In this document: positions 8,627 to 16,931 of the stretch, in pieces
Position numbering within the stretch: position 1 is the stretch's first letter
Layout of the letters: every line of letters begins with the position of its first letter
Virus record (IMG/VR): IMGVR_UViG_3300029566_000017
DNA: 61,839 nucleotides
Source: a virus
Strand: one strand, 5' to 3'
Translations under genes and position numbers: made by a program
Notes under the pieces: model-generated
Database searches by the model: none
What the model was told of the DNA's origin: nothing
What the model saw: the letters and a program-made list of their open reading frames with translations, nothing else

Positions 8627-9538
8627 ATGGAGAGCTGGTTCAAGGTTAGTGCCGATGTATTCGACAGCGAAAAAATTAAGATACTTCGTGCTGATATGAA
8701 GATTGGTGATAGCCTGGCATTAATGTGGTTCTTCCTGTTAGCTTTAGCTCGTAAAAAAAACGATGGTGGTTATGTATACGCTACCGAAGGTGTAGCGTAT
8801 ACACCTAAAACCTTAGCTGCTGTTGGTGGTTTTAAGCCTAAAATTGCGGAAACTGCTTTAGAAGTATTTCGGCAGTATAACATGATTGATATAGAGGATA
8901 ACGGCTATATCTATATTGTAGGCTGGGGTGAGTATCAGAACGCCGAAGAGCTTTCAAAGCTCAAGGAGCGTGAGCGGTGCAAGGAAGCAATGAGAGTTAA
9001 AAGGCAGCGTGAGAAGCAATCCAAAACCTGTAACAATGACGTAACAAACACAGATGTTACGAAATGTTACGAAGATGTTACGTGTAACAAAAGCGTAACA
9101 AGTCAAGATGTTACACGTAACAACGATGTAACAAACACAGATGTTACGGATAAGAATAAGAGTAAGAATAAGAAAGAGAATAAGAGTAAGAGTAACAACA
9201 ATAACTTTAGTAGTGGTTGTTACGATAAAAATGCTGCCGTTACGTGTAACAGTTACGAAAATGTTACGAGCGATAATAATCCTGTTGGCTTTTGGAATCA
9301 AAATGTTACGCCGATAACGCCATACATTGCAGAGCGGTTACAGGCTATTGCTAAGGAGCACGGCGAGCTGATAGCTATGCAGGCGGTTACGATAACAGCG
9401 CAGCAAGGCAAGAAGTCAATAGCCTATTGTGAGGGAGTTGCAAGAAACCTTGCGAGCGGTGACAATCAAAAACCGAAAAAGCCGCCGGATAGTTTTAAAC
9501 CGCCGGACGATCAAACAGACCTGGACAAATATTTTTAG
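8627..9538 (+). CDS. Phage replisome organiser with a DnaD-like C-terminal domain
   Basis: N-terminal replisome-organiser-like region, an internal low-complexity region encoded by the iterons, and a DnaD/DnaB_2-like C-terminal domain (YIAERLQAIAKEHGELIAMQAVTITAQQGKKSIAYCEGVARNL). Confidence 0.7.
   Translation: MESWFKVSADVFDSEKIKILRADMKIGDSLALMWFFLLALARKKNDGGYVYATEGVAYTPKTLAAVGGFKPKIAETALEVFRQYNMIDIEDNGYIYIVGWGEYQNAEELSKLKERERCKEAMRVKRQREKQSKTCNNDVTNTDVTKCYEDVTCNKSVTSQDVTRNNDVTNTDVTDKNKSKNKKENKSKSNNNNFSSGCYDKNAAVTCNSYENVTSDNNPVGFWNQNVTPITPYIAERLQAIAKEHGELIAMQAVTITAQQGKKSIAYCEGVARNLASGDNQKPKKPPDSFKPPDDQTDLDKYF
9030..9320. repeat. Putative origin of replication: at least 12 copies of the GATGTTACG / CGTAAC core and an A-rich AAGAATAAG tract
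   Basis: Iterated GTTAC(G) motifs in both orientations, plus a 20-bp direct repeat GA(C/T)GTAACAAACACAGATGTTACG, all inside the organiser gene. Confidence 0.55.
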
Positions 9539-9550
9539 TGAGGTGATAGC

Positions 9551-10408
9551 ATGGATGCGAATGATGTTCAGAATTCAATTACGCTTGCTGTAAATCACAT
9601 TGCTAAAAATGCTTCACAGCTTAATAAGCAAAACGCAAATGATTATTACGAAAACGGATTGCTTATGTGTGGTAAATGCCATACGCCGAAGCAATGCAGA
9701 GGTTTCTTGTTTGGCGTTGAACGAACTGTAACTTGTATCTGCAAGTGCAGAGCGGAAGAGCTTCAGGCAGAGCGTGAACGTGAGGAACAGGAAAAGCGGC
9801 TTGCCAGGGTGCAGGAGCTTAGAAAAGCTGGCTTCCCGGAGCGTGAGCTTCAATCGCAGACTTTCAGCCATGATGACGGCGCAGACGAGCGGACGATGCG
9901 AGCAATGAAGAATTTCGTTGAGCACTACGATGATTTTCGCAGGATGCATAAAGGATTGCTGCTTTACGGAAATTCCGGAAGCGGAAAGACGTTCGCCGCT
10001 GCGTGTGTTGTCAATGCGCTAATTGATAAAGGTGTAGCTTGCTTAATGACTAATTTTGGCAGAGTGTTTAATACCTTGTGGGGTACAGAGCAAAAGCAAG
10101 CATATCTTGACGGCTTTAATCAATTTGAGTTGTTAGTGCTTGATGATTTAGGAGCAGAACGGCGCACGGAGTTTGCTCAGGAGCTAGTGTTCCAGATCAT
10201 CGACAGCCGTTGCCGGAGCGGATTGCCTACAATCATCACAACAAATTTGCCGATTGAAACAATCAAAAAGCCGCAGACGATAACGGAAACAAGAATCTAT
10301 GACCGCATTTTACAGATGTGCCACCCGGTAGAGGTTACACACGCAAGCAGACGCAGGAAGAAGGTTGCAGAAGGCTTTGCTGCTACCAACAAATTATTAG
10401 GATTATAG
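9551..10408 (+). CDS. dnaC: DnaC/IstB-like AAA+ helicase loader
   Basis: Walker A GNSGSGKT, Walker B LLVLDDLG, sensor and arginine motifs. Confidence 0.85.
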   Translation: MDANDVQNSITLAVNHIAKNASQLNKQNANDYYENGLLMCGKCHTPKQCRGFLFGVERTVTCICKCRAEELQAEREREEQEKRLARVQELRKAGFPERELQSQTFSHDDGADERTMRAMKNFVEHYDDFRRMHKGLLLYGNSGSGKTFAAACVVNALIDKGVACLMTNFGRVFNTLWGTEQKQAYLDGFNQFELLVLDDLGAERRTEFAQELVFQIIDSRCRSGLPTIITTNLPIETIKKPQTITETRIYDRILQMCHPVEVTHASRRRKKVAEGFAATNKLLGL

Positions 10409-10417
10409 GAGGGAATT

Positions 10418-10642
10418 ATGGACGCTAAAGAGCTTACGAGAATCACTGAAAGTGCAAATCGTGATAAAGATAAGAGATATTTTACGACAATAGTAAATTT
10501 CTATATCAATATGTATCATGACAGCGGTGAGGTTTATTATCTGCATAAAGCTATTGCCGAAATCAAAGCAAAAATCAAAAAAGAAGGCGGCGAAATTTTC
10601 TGCCAGGACAATCCGTTAAAGAGAAAGGAACAAAAAGCATGA
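10418..10642 (+). CDS. Hypothetical protein
   Basis: RBS GGAGGGA before the ATG. Confidence 0.5.
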   Translation: MDAKELTRITESANRDKDKRYFTTIVNFYINMYHDSGEVYYLHKAIAEIKAKIKKEGGEIFCQDNPLKRKEQKA

Positions 10643-11049
10643 ACAAAATCATTTTATTAGGAAGATTAACAAAAGACCCGGAGGTAAGATACACTTCTAC
10701 AAGCAAGGTTGTTGCTCAGTTCACGCTTGCTGTGGACAGACCTTATTCCAAAGACAAACAGCGTGAAGCGGACTTTATTCCTGTGGTTATCTGGGGTAAA
10801 CAGGCTGAAATCTGTGGCAATTATCTTAGTAAGGGACAGCGTGTATTAGTTGAAGGCAGACTGCAAATTCGCAGCTATGACGCTAAAGACGGTCAAAAGA
10901 AATATGTAACCGAGGTTATCGCAGAGCATTTTGAATTCATTGAGCGTAGAGAGCAAGGCGGCGAATCTCAGCAGAAACCGGGAGAAGAAAGCCAGGACTT
11001 CCAAGGTTTTGGCAGCGCAGTACCTTTTAATGAGGAAATTCCGTTTTAA
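10639..11049 (+). CDS. ssb: Single-stranded DNA-binding protein
   Basis: OB-fold SSB signature (MNKIILLGRLTKDPEVRYT...IVIWGKQAE...) and an acidic C-terminal tail ending EEIPF. Confidence 0.9.
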   Translation: MNKIILLGRLTKDPEVRYTSTSKVVAQFTLAVDRPYSKDKQREADFIPVVIWGKQAEICGNYLSKGQRVLVEGRLQIRSYDAKDGQKKYVTEVIAEHFEFIERREQGGESQQKPGEESQDFQGFGSAVPFNEEIPF

Positions 11050-11061
11050 GCGAGGTGCAGA

Positions 11062-11346
11062 ATGAAGATTAAAGACGAAGTTAACCGCTTGCGTAAGCTG
11101 GCGTTCACTGAAATCGAATTAAAGAAAGATGATTTCAAGAAGATTTGCAGTGAATATTGTTTTTTGTACAAAACGATATATCACCAGACCTACAATCCTA
11201 GCATGAAGCTGATTAGCACGTGGGGAAGAAGCAAGGTGTATGTTGATAAGCTTGAATACATTGATGTGCTTCAGGACTTAGCTTATCTGAGGTACGCTTT
11301 CAGCAGAATGAAATTCAAGGGGTACAAGAAACATGAATCAGCTTAA
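11062..11346 (+). CDS. Hypothetical protein
   Basis: ORF with RBS AGGTG. Confidence 0.5.
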   Translation: MKIKDEVNRLRKLAFTEIELKKDDFKKICSEYCFLYKTIYHQTYNPSMKLISTWGRSKVYVDKLEYIDVLQDLAYLRYAFSRMKFKGYKKHESA

Positions 11347-11854
11347 AAGTATCCTCGTGGGCAAGCGTAGCAAGGCAAGCGGTTCGTTCTTTGAAAAGAT
11401 GATTGACGCAGGCTGCCAGTATTACGAGGAACATGGCATTGCGAAAATTGAGAAACAGAGTGAGCCTGTGCATTATATTCGTCCTTATGGAGCGCATGGA
11501 CAGTTCATTGCCAACTATGCAAAGAAAAGCGGCGTTGACTACAAGGGAACGCTTAGAGGTGGTTTAGCGGTGTGCTTTGAAGCGAAGCACACCGACGGCG
11601 ACAAGATGCTGCGAAACAGACTTGAACCGCACCAGCTCGAATACCTAAAGGTTCATCACTTTTTAGGAGCAAGGTGTTTTATCCTGGTATCGTTTAATCT
11701 GACAGATTTTTACAACGTGCCGTTCCTTGTATGGGAGAACATGAAGTCACTATATGGAAGGCAGTACCTGAAGCGTGATGACCTGGAAGAATACAGAATC
11801 AGTAATACAGGCAGAGTGTTAAAATTCCTGACTGTAACGGAGGGGCAACAGTGA
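11333..11854 (+). CDS. RecU-like Holliday junction resolvase (PD-(D/E)xK)
   Basis: Motifs GSFFEKMI and CFEAKHT (E.K) resemble RecU. Confidence 0.5.
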   Translation: MNQLKSILVGKRSKASGSFFEKMIDAGCQYYEEHGIAKIEKQSEPVHYIRPYGAHGQFIANYAKKSGVDYKGTLRGGLAVCFEAKHTDGDKMLRNRLEPHQLEYLKVHHFLGARCFILVSFNLTDFYNVPFLVWENMKSLYGRQYLKRDDLEEYRISNTGRVLKFLTVTEGQQ

Positions 11855-12035
11855 AATATCTACTTGGAACAACAGCCGAAGGCAAGCAATGCTGCCCTCA
11901 TTGTAAGCAGGAAAAAATAAAGCTTGTCTACGGCGCAAAGATTGTAGACAGAAAAGGTGCTGTAAAATGGGCGTTTAGATGCTCATCATGCTATGGCACA
12001 GTTTGGCTAAAGTAAAGCGAAAGGAAGTCGGTTTA

Positions 12036-12506
12036 ATGCAGAATAAGGATTGGAGCTATCTGCTAGGGCAGAAAATAGGTCTGCTGACGGTGCTTGAAAT
12101 TTATCCTCCAGGTGTTATCAGCATAAGACCTAAAAAGAAGGTTTCTGTTGCAAGATGTGTTTGCGAATGCGGCACAGAATGTTACAGAGATGTATCTAAC
12201 CTTGCACGGCGACAAGGAATGAGCTGCGGCGGCAAGGAGTGTAAGCACAAAATCATGAGCCTTGCACAAATAAGAAGGCAGGCAACCAATAAAAACAAGG
12301 CTACAGCTCAGAAGCCTGTCGAGAATTTTTCAAAAGATGAAGAACCGATAATCACGAAAAAACTGAAAAACAAATATGTCTGCCCTTTCCCGTTTCCCGG
12401 CTGCGTGAGAAGCGAGGTTTGCCACGTATGCTGCTGGGAGTGCGATAAGGAATGTAAACAGTGCAGTAATAATCCGCAACTGTGCGGAGCAAGGAGATTA
12501 AAATGA
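12036..12506 (+). CDS. Cys-rich hypothetical protein with multiple CxxC motifs
   Basis: Leader context GAAAGGAAGTCGGTTTA before the ATG. Confidence 0.5.
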   Translation: MQNKDWSYLLGQKIGLLTVLEIYPPGVISIRPKKKVSVARCVCECGTECYRDVSNLARRQGMSCGGKECKHKIMSLAQIRRQATNKNKATAQKPVENFSKDEEPIITKKLKNKYVCPFPFPGCVRSEVCHVCCWECDKECKQCSNNPQLCGARRLK

Positions 12507-12898
12507 GAAGTGTTAAGGAGATTTTAGTAAATGAAAAGTTTCAAGCCTACAAGAAAAATGATTTTGCTTTTGAAGGCTTGGTGTTAATAGGCTTCCTGCA
12601 TCTGCCGGGAATCAAAAAGAACTTGCAGTGTGTTGTAGGCGTTGAGCCTGATCAGGACGGCAACCAATGGGAGCACGTGAGCGTGAAATTTTGCGGCACG
12701 ACGAATAAAACACCTTCATGGGAGGTTATGTGCCAGGTTAAAGACGTGTTCTGGCTACCGGAAGAAGAAGTTCATCAGATTCACCCAAAAGAAAGCGAGT
12801 ATTTACACGGCGTAGGCGGGATATACGATGTTTTGCATCTGTATCGTCCTGTAGGTGGCTGGAAGCAGAATCCGAATAGAGGTGAAAGTAATGGCTGA
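12503..12898 (+). CDS. Hypothetical protein
   Basis: RBS AAGGAG before the ATG at 12503. Confidence 0.5.
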   Translation: MRSVKEILVNEKFQAYKKNDFAFEGLVLIGFLHLPGIKKNLQCVVGVEPDQDGNQWEHVSVKFCGTTNKTPSWEVMCQVKDVFWLPEEEVHQIHPKESEYLHGVGGIYDVLHLYRPVGGWKQNPNRGESNG

Positions 12899-13136
12899 TT
12901 TTTCATTAAAGACAAAGTTCACAGATGGTGGTGAAGTCTACTTGTTGTCGACTGTTAGATTGCATTTTTACAATTTCGCTCCGTATGAAACAATGCTCTT
13001 TAGAATTGACAAAAACGGAGTTAGCTACAAGGATTTGTATTGTCAACGCTATTACACGCAGCAAGAAGCCGAAGAAGGACACAAAGATTTACTCTTACGT
13101 GTTGAGCGAGGAGAAATGTTTTGGGAAACAATATGA
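12891..13136 (+). CDS. Hypothetical protein
   Basis: RBS GAGGTGA before the ATG. Confidence 0.45.
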   Translation: MADFSLKTKFTDGGEVYLLSTVRLHFYNFAPYETMLFRIDKNGVSYKDLYCQRYYTQQEAEEGHKDLLLRVERGEMFWETI

Positions 13137-13165
13137 CGCACAGACATCGGTATGAGGTGATATAA

Positions 13166-13288
13166 ATGAGTAAATTACTAAATGGAATTATCGACATGAT
13201 CATGGTTATATTAATCATCGGTATTCCTGCTATGTTTGGTGCTCTGCTGGGTGCTGCGATTGGGTGGTTGATATGGATGGCATGGTAA
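13166..13288 (+). CDS. Small hydrophobic peptide, 40 aa, single TM
   Basis: RBS GAGGTGA before the ATG. The sequence is entirely hydrophobic (MSKLLNGIIDMIMVILIIGIPAMFGALLGAAIGWLIWMAW). Confidence 0.35.
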   Translation: MSKLLNGIIDMIMVILIIGIPAMFGALLGAAIGWLIWMAW

Positions 13289-13399
13289 AGCGTAGACAGC
13301 AAAAACTGAAATATTATCGTTACTGCCTGCGTAAAGCACATCCGCTGTTCCGGGTGAGCGTTGTAGACTATGAAGTGCGTATGGAAATGAGGAAAAAAT

Positions 13400-13627
13400 A
13401 TGGTAAATAGAGATTTAGACGGAATTTATTTTAGAGTTAAACGTAACAATCGTTGGGAAAGCGTTTGCTTCTCGGACTTGACCGACGAAGAAATGGACAA
13501 GGTACTGGAAGGACATAGCGTTCAATGGCTCAAAAGCACTTGCAAAATCCTGGGACACACCATTAGATGTATCGGCGATGAGCTGAAGATTGTCGGCGGC
13601 AAGGAGGAAGAGCGAAAGAAATGTTAA
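13400..13627 (+). CDS. Hypothetical protein
   Basis: ORF with RBS. Confidence 0.45.
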   Translation: MVNRDLDGIYFRVKRNNRWESVCFSDLTDEEMDKVLEGHSVQWLKSTCKILGHTIRCIGDELKIVGGKEEERKKC

Positions 13628-13848
13628 TTAAGCTTAAGAATGGCACGTGGCAAGATATGAGCAATGTTGTTGGCTTAACAGTGACGCTGTGTAAAGGTAT
13701 GAATCGCTGCTATTATACAATCCTCGTAAGCATGAAAAACGGAGAAGAATTCGGCTATAAAGAATGTAGCGATTATGAAGAAGCAGAGAAAGCTATGGAT
13801 GAGCTTGCTAAAAAAATCAATGCATCGCAAGGAGGCAATAATGGATAA
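13621..13848 (+). CDS. Hypothetical protein
   Basis: ORF overlapping its neighbours by a few nt, consistent with translational coupling. Confidence 0.45.
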   Translation: MLIKLKNGTWQDMSNVVGLTVTLCKGMNRCYYTILVSMKNGEEFGYKECSDYEEAEKAMDELAKKINASQGGNNG

Positions 13849-14314
13849 GCCGTTTATTTTAGATCCGTGCTGTGGAAGCAAGATGTTCTACCATGACAAA
13901 GAGAGCGACGCTGTTATGTTTTGTGACATACGAGAGCTGCATACAAAGCTCTGCGACGGAAGAGAATTACATATTCAGCCAGACAAGATAATTGATGTAA
14001 CCAACATGGAGAATATAGCAGATGAAGCATTTAGCTACATCATTTTTGACCCGCCGCACCTGGTAAAAGTTGGCGAGAGCAGTTGGTTGGCACAGAAGTA
14101 TGGGCAACTTCCGGTGCTATGGGAAGAGTGGATGACAAAGGCGTTTGCTGAGTGCTTTAGAGTGCTTAAACCTGGTGGGATGCTGCTGTTTAAATGGAGC
14201 GACGAGGACATTCCGCATAAGGATGTGCTGAGGTGTGCGTTACCTTATCTTCCGCTTGCCGGAGATAAGCAAGGGAAAACACGTTGGACGTTTTTTGTAA
14301 AAATAGAGAGGTGA
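13841..14314 (+). CDS. DNA methyltransferase-like protein
   Basis: Motif I-like ILDPCCGS and motif IV-like IIFDPPH. Confidence 0.5.
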   Translation: MDKPFILDPCCGSKMFYHDKESDAVMFCDIRELHTKLCDGRELHIQPDKIIDVTNMENIADEAFSYIIFDPPHLVKVGESSWLAQKYGQLPVLWEEWMTKAFAECFRVLKPGGMLLFKWSDEDIPHKDVLRCALPYLPLAGDKQGKTRWTFFVKIER

Positions 14315-14319
14315 TAATA

Positions 14320-14487
14320 ATGACCGTCGAAGAGTTTTATAAATGGGCAGTCAAACATGACTGCGAAGGAATGGAAATAACAGTCAAATGCTATGACGAA
14401 AATGGTAAAGAAGATGAATGCTGGCTCATTAACGACCGGTGCATCGAAGAACGTCAAGGCAAGGAAGTGGTTATTAATTTGAGATAA
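14320..14487 (+). CDS. Small hypothetical protein, paralogue A1 (MTVEEFYKWAVKHDCE...)
   Basis: Paralogue of 15992-16159 (MTIEEFYKWAVKNDCE...). About 75% nucleotide identity at the start. Confidence 0.5.
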   Translation: MTVEEFYKWAVKHDCEGMEITVKCYDENGKEDECWLINDRCIEERQGKEVVINLR

Positions 14488-14515
14488 AAGTTGAAAGGAA
14501 GCGGAGGTAGTAGCA

Positions 14516-14956
14516 GTGAGCAAAAATCTTATTCCGGCAGTCGCTGAAATGCTGGGGCTAAAATTGAGAGAAAAATTTAGGATTGACAGGTATGACGAAG
14601 TATATTTTTTCACCGAGGAAAATTTAGAAGTAAACAAGGCATATCCTCAAAATATACCATTACTTGCATCGCCTGATGTGTTGGAAGCATTAATCAAGGG
14701 AGAATGCGAGATTATTAAAATTCCCTGGCTGCCGAATCGTGACGAAGATTATTGGACGTTTGGATTGTATTGTGATAAATCTTCAAAGCTGAAGTGGATT
14801 GCAACTAGGATGACTTGGAACGGCGAGCCTGACGATTATGCAGCCTATAAAGCTGGGTGGGTGTTCGCGACGCAAGATGATGCGGAAAAAGCATTGTCGA
14901 ATGTAGCTAAAGAGCTAAAGACGCCATATATATTAAGGGGGCAATTAAATGGCTAA
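14516..14956 (+). CDS. Hypothetical protein, paralogue B1 (MSKNLIPAVAEMLGL...)
   Basis: GTG start with RBS GGAGGTAG. Paralogue of 16524-16931. Confidence 0.55.
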   Translation: MSKNLIPAVAEMLGLKLREKFRIDRYDEVYFFTEENLEVNKAYPQNIPLLASPDVLEALIKGECEIIKIPWLPNRDEDYWTFGLYCDKSSKLKWIATRMTWNGEPDDYAAYKAGWVFATQDDAEKALSNVAKELKTPYILRGQLNG

Positions 14957-15224
14957 AAGATTATGTTGTGGTTTTCGTGGAAAAATTTATTATACCGATG
15001 TCAACGAAAAAGAAGGCATTATGGTAGGTCAAAGAGTAGAGGTTACAGATTCAGCCGTTGAAGCTGTTATGGAAAAGCTATGTTATATGGCTGAAAGCAA
15101 GAAACCGTTTGACGGCAAGGCTGAAATTGAAATCAACGGCTTTAAATTGAGCATTGATGGTACAGGCAATCCGAGATTTATGGAAAAATACGGAGGTAAT
15201 AAAAATGAACGAACCAATTGTTAG
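14949..15224 (+). CDS. Hypothetical protein
   Basis: ORF. Confidence 0.45.
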   Translation: MAKRLCCGFRGKIYYTDVNEKEGIMVGQRVEVTDSAVEAVMEKLCYMAESKKPFDGKAEIEINGFKLSIDGTGNPRFMEKYGGNKNERTNC

Positions 15225-15567
15225 CCCGTGGCTGATTTACTGGGCAGGAAGAATAGACATGATACAAGGGATTTGCTGCATAGTAGGTTTTTTTGTAACT
15301 ATATATGCCGTGTTTGTTGCATTAGCAGCTATGACAGCCTTTAATAATAATGATAAAGACGTTAAGGCAGCTAAAATAATTGTTTGTACGGCTTTGATTT
15401 TAGATATGTTGGGGGCATTTCTCCCGACAGAAAAAGAAATATACGCTATGTATGCTGCAGAACATATAACACCTGCCAACATCCAAGCTACAGGTGAGTT
15501 TGCGGACAAGGCTGTAGATAAGCTGATTGAGAAGATTTTAAAGGCTAGTAAAGCTGAGAAGGAGTGA
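15205..15567 (+). CDS. Membrane protein with two TM segments
   Basis: RBS GGAGGT before the ATG. Two hydrophobic helices. Confidence 0.5.
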   Translation: MNEPIVSPWLIYWAGRIDMIQGICCIVGFFVTIYAVFVALAAMTAFNNNDKDVKAAKIIVCTALILDMLGAFLPTEKEIYAMYAAEHITPANIQATGEFADKAVDKLIEKILKASKAEKE

Positions 15568-15572
15568 TAACA

Positions 15573-15704
15573 ATGACGTTAGATGAATTTGTAGCGGTCG
15601 TGTTGATTGTGGCGCTCGTCCCGGTAGCCATTATCCAATGGATGGGCTTAATCGTGGCGATTATTGACAAGGTGAGTGACTGGAGAGGTGATAAAAATGA
15701 TTGA
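15573..15704 (+). CDS. Small hydrophobic peptide, 43 aa
   Basis: RBS GGAGTGA. TM segment. Confidence 0.3.
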   Translation: MTLDEFVAVVLIVALVPVAIIQWMGLIVAIIDKVSDWRGDKND

Positions 15705-15783
15705 CTATAAAAAGGCAGAACAGGCAAAAAGATTGCTCGATGAAAGCGGTGTAGATTATGTGCTCGCTATGGAGGGATTATAA
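15697..15783 (+). CDS. Small peptide (MIDYKKAEQAKRLLDESG...), paralogue of the N-terminus of 18656-18937
   Basis: RBS GGAGAGGTGA. The YKKAEQAK.LL.E.G motif is shared with 18656. Confidence 0.35.
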   Translation: MIDYKKAEQAKRLLDESGVDYVLAMEGL

Positions 15784-15785
15784 AT

Positions 15786-15950
15786 ATGTTAGATAGAGAA
15801 AATTTCGATAAAGAGATGACTATTTTAAAAGAAAAATTAAATGAGCTTGGGTACAAAAGAGTGAAGATAACGCGTACTGTAATCTCTAGTGATAGTAGCG
15901 CTGTTGCAATTCATTTAGCAGTAATGAAAAATTTCAAACAAAAGTATTAA
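15786..15950 (+). CDS. Small hypothetical protein, 54 aa
   Basis: RBS GGAGGGA. Tightly packed with its neighbours. Confidence 0.3.
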   Translation: MLDRENFDKEMTILKEKLNELGYKRVKITRTVISSDSSAVAIHLAVMKNFKQKY

Positions 15951-15991
15951 TAAAAACTTTTTTGTTAACAAGTGGAGCAGAGGTGTTAATA

Positions 15992-16159
15992 ATGACAATT
16001 GAAGAATTTTATAAGTGGGCGGTTAAAAATGACTGTGAAGACAAGCAAGTTGTTATTTATGCTCACGATAACATTGGAAATGAAGTTGAAAACTGGCTGG
16101 ATGAAGATTATTTAACAGAAGGTAAAGAATGCGTAAGCATTGATTGTATATGGGAGTGA
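15992..16159 (+). CDS. Small hypothetical protein, paralogue A2
   Basis: Paralogue of 14320-14487. Confidence 0.5.
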   Translation: MTIEEFYKWAVKNDCEDKQVVIYAHDNIGNEVENWLDEDYLTEGKECVSIDCIWE

Positions 16160-16165
16160 TAACTG

Positions 16166-16363
16166 ATGAAAAAATACATTGTTTCCGGTAAAACAACAGC
16201 TTTTATCTCAGTAGAAATAGAAGCAGAAAGTAAAGAAGAAGCCATTAAAAAGGCTTACGAAGAGTGTTCTTTTGTCAACAACAGTGGATGGGACAAATTA
16301 ATTAGAACAAGCATTGTATGTGACAATGAAGTTGAATATACCCAAGCTGAAGAAATTAACTAA
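16166..16363 (+). CDS. Hypothetical protein
   Basis: RBS GGGAGTGA. Confidence 0.45.
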   Translation: MKKYIVSGKTTAFISVEIEAESKEEAIKKAYEECSFVNNSGWDKLIRTSIVCDNEVEYTQAEEIN

Positions 16364-16523
16364 ATAGGGAGTGATAATGATAACATGGCAGAATTATTAT
16401 TAACCGCTGGTACTGACGAAGAATTTTTCGCTATCATTGGTCTTACGATGTTTATGGTGTTTTTAGTATATATAGGTTTTGAGGTTTACGACAAACACTG
16501 CGAAAAGAAATGGAGGAAAGAAG

Positions 16524-16931
16524 ATGAGCAAAAATCTAATCCCCGAAATAGCTAAGATGCTCGGCGTGGAGCTGGGAGAAGAATTTAAAATTAAGGGTTA
16601 TGACGGATTGACTTATAAGCTTACCTATAATGGGCTAGAATTAACTACTGTTGATGGTCAGAAAACGAAATGGTTCGACCACGGAGCATTAAACAGCTTG
16701 CTGAAAGGCAAAATGGAAATCGTTAAATTGCCGTGGAAGCCGAAGAAAGGCGATGTTTATTCTACCTTTGGGCGTTTGGGCGATAAGTGGGTTGTTCGCT
16801 CGTTGTGGTGGGGCGGATTCCCGGAAGAGTATGCCCTGCTAGACAAAGGCTGGATTTACCGCACGAGGGCAGAAGCAGAAGCAGCATTGCCTGCCGTGGC
16901 TAAAGAGTTAGGCGTGGAGTACGAGTTATGA
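16524..16931 (+). CDS. Hypothetical protein, paralogue B2 (MSKNLIPEIAKMLGV...)
   Basis: RBS AAATGGAGGAAAG. Paralogue of 14516-14956. Confidence 0.55.
   Translation: MSKNLIPEIAKMLGVELGEEFKIKGYDGLTYKLTYNGLELTTVDGQKTKWFDHGALNSLLKGKMEIVKLPWKPKKGDVYSTFGRLGDKWVVRSLWWGGFPEEYALLDKGWIYRTRAEAEAALPAVAKELGVEYEL

Noticed and set aside
9030-9320. A CRISPR array suggested by short iterated repeats
   Set aside because: The repeats are 8-9 nt cores in both orientations with irregular spacing, they lie inside a DnaD-like gene, and no cas genes are present. They are interpreted as origin iterons.
11851-12015. A GTG-initiated 54-aa zinc-ribbon ORF (VKYLLGTTAEGKQCCPHCKQEKIKLVYGAKIVDRKGAVKWAFRCSSCYG...)
   Set aside because: It is plausible, since it has CxxC...CxxC and is coupled to the RecU-like stop, but it has a non-ATG start with no clear SD. 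It is left out of the feature list at this confidence.
16385-16555. A 56-aa ORF (MAELLLTAGTDEEFFAIIGLTMFMVFLVYIGFEVYDKH...) overlapping the start of 16524-16931
   Set aside because: It is plausible as a small membrane protein, with RBS GGGAGTGA, but it overlaps the paralogue-B2 start by 30 nt and is not conserved at the paralogous position before 14516. It is left unannotated.
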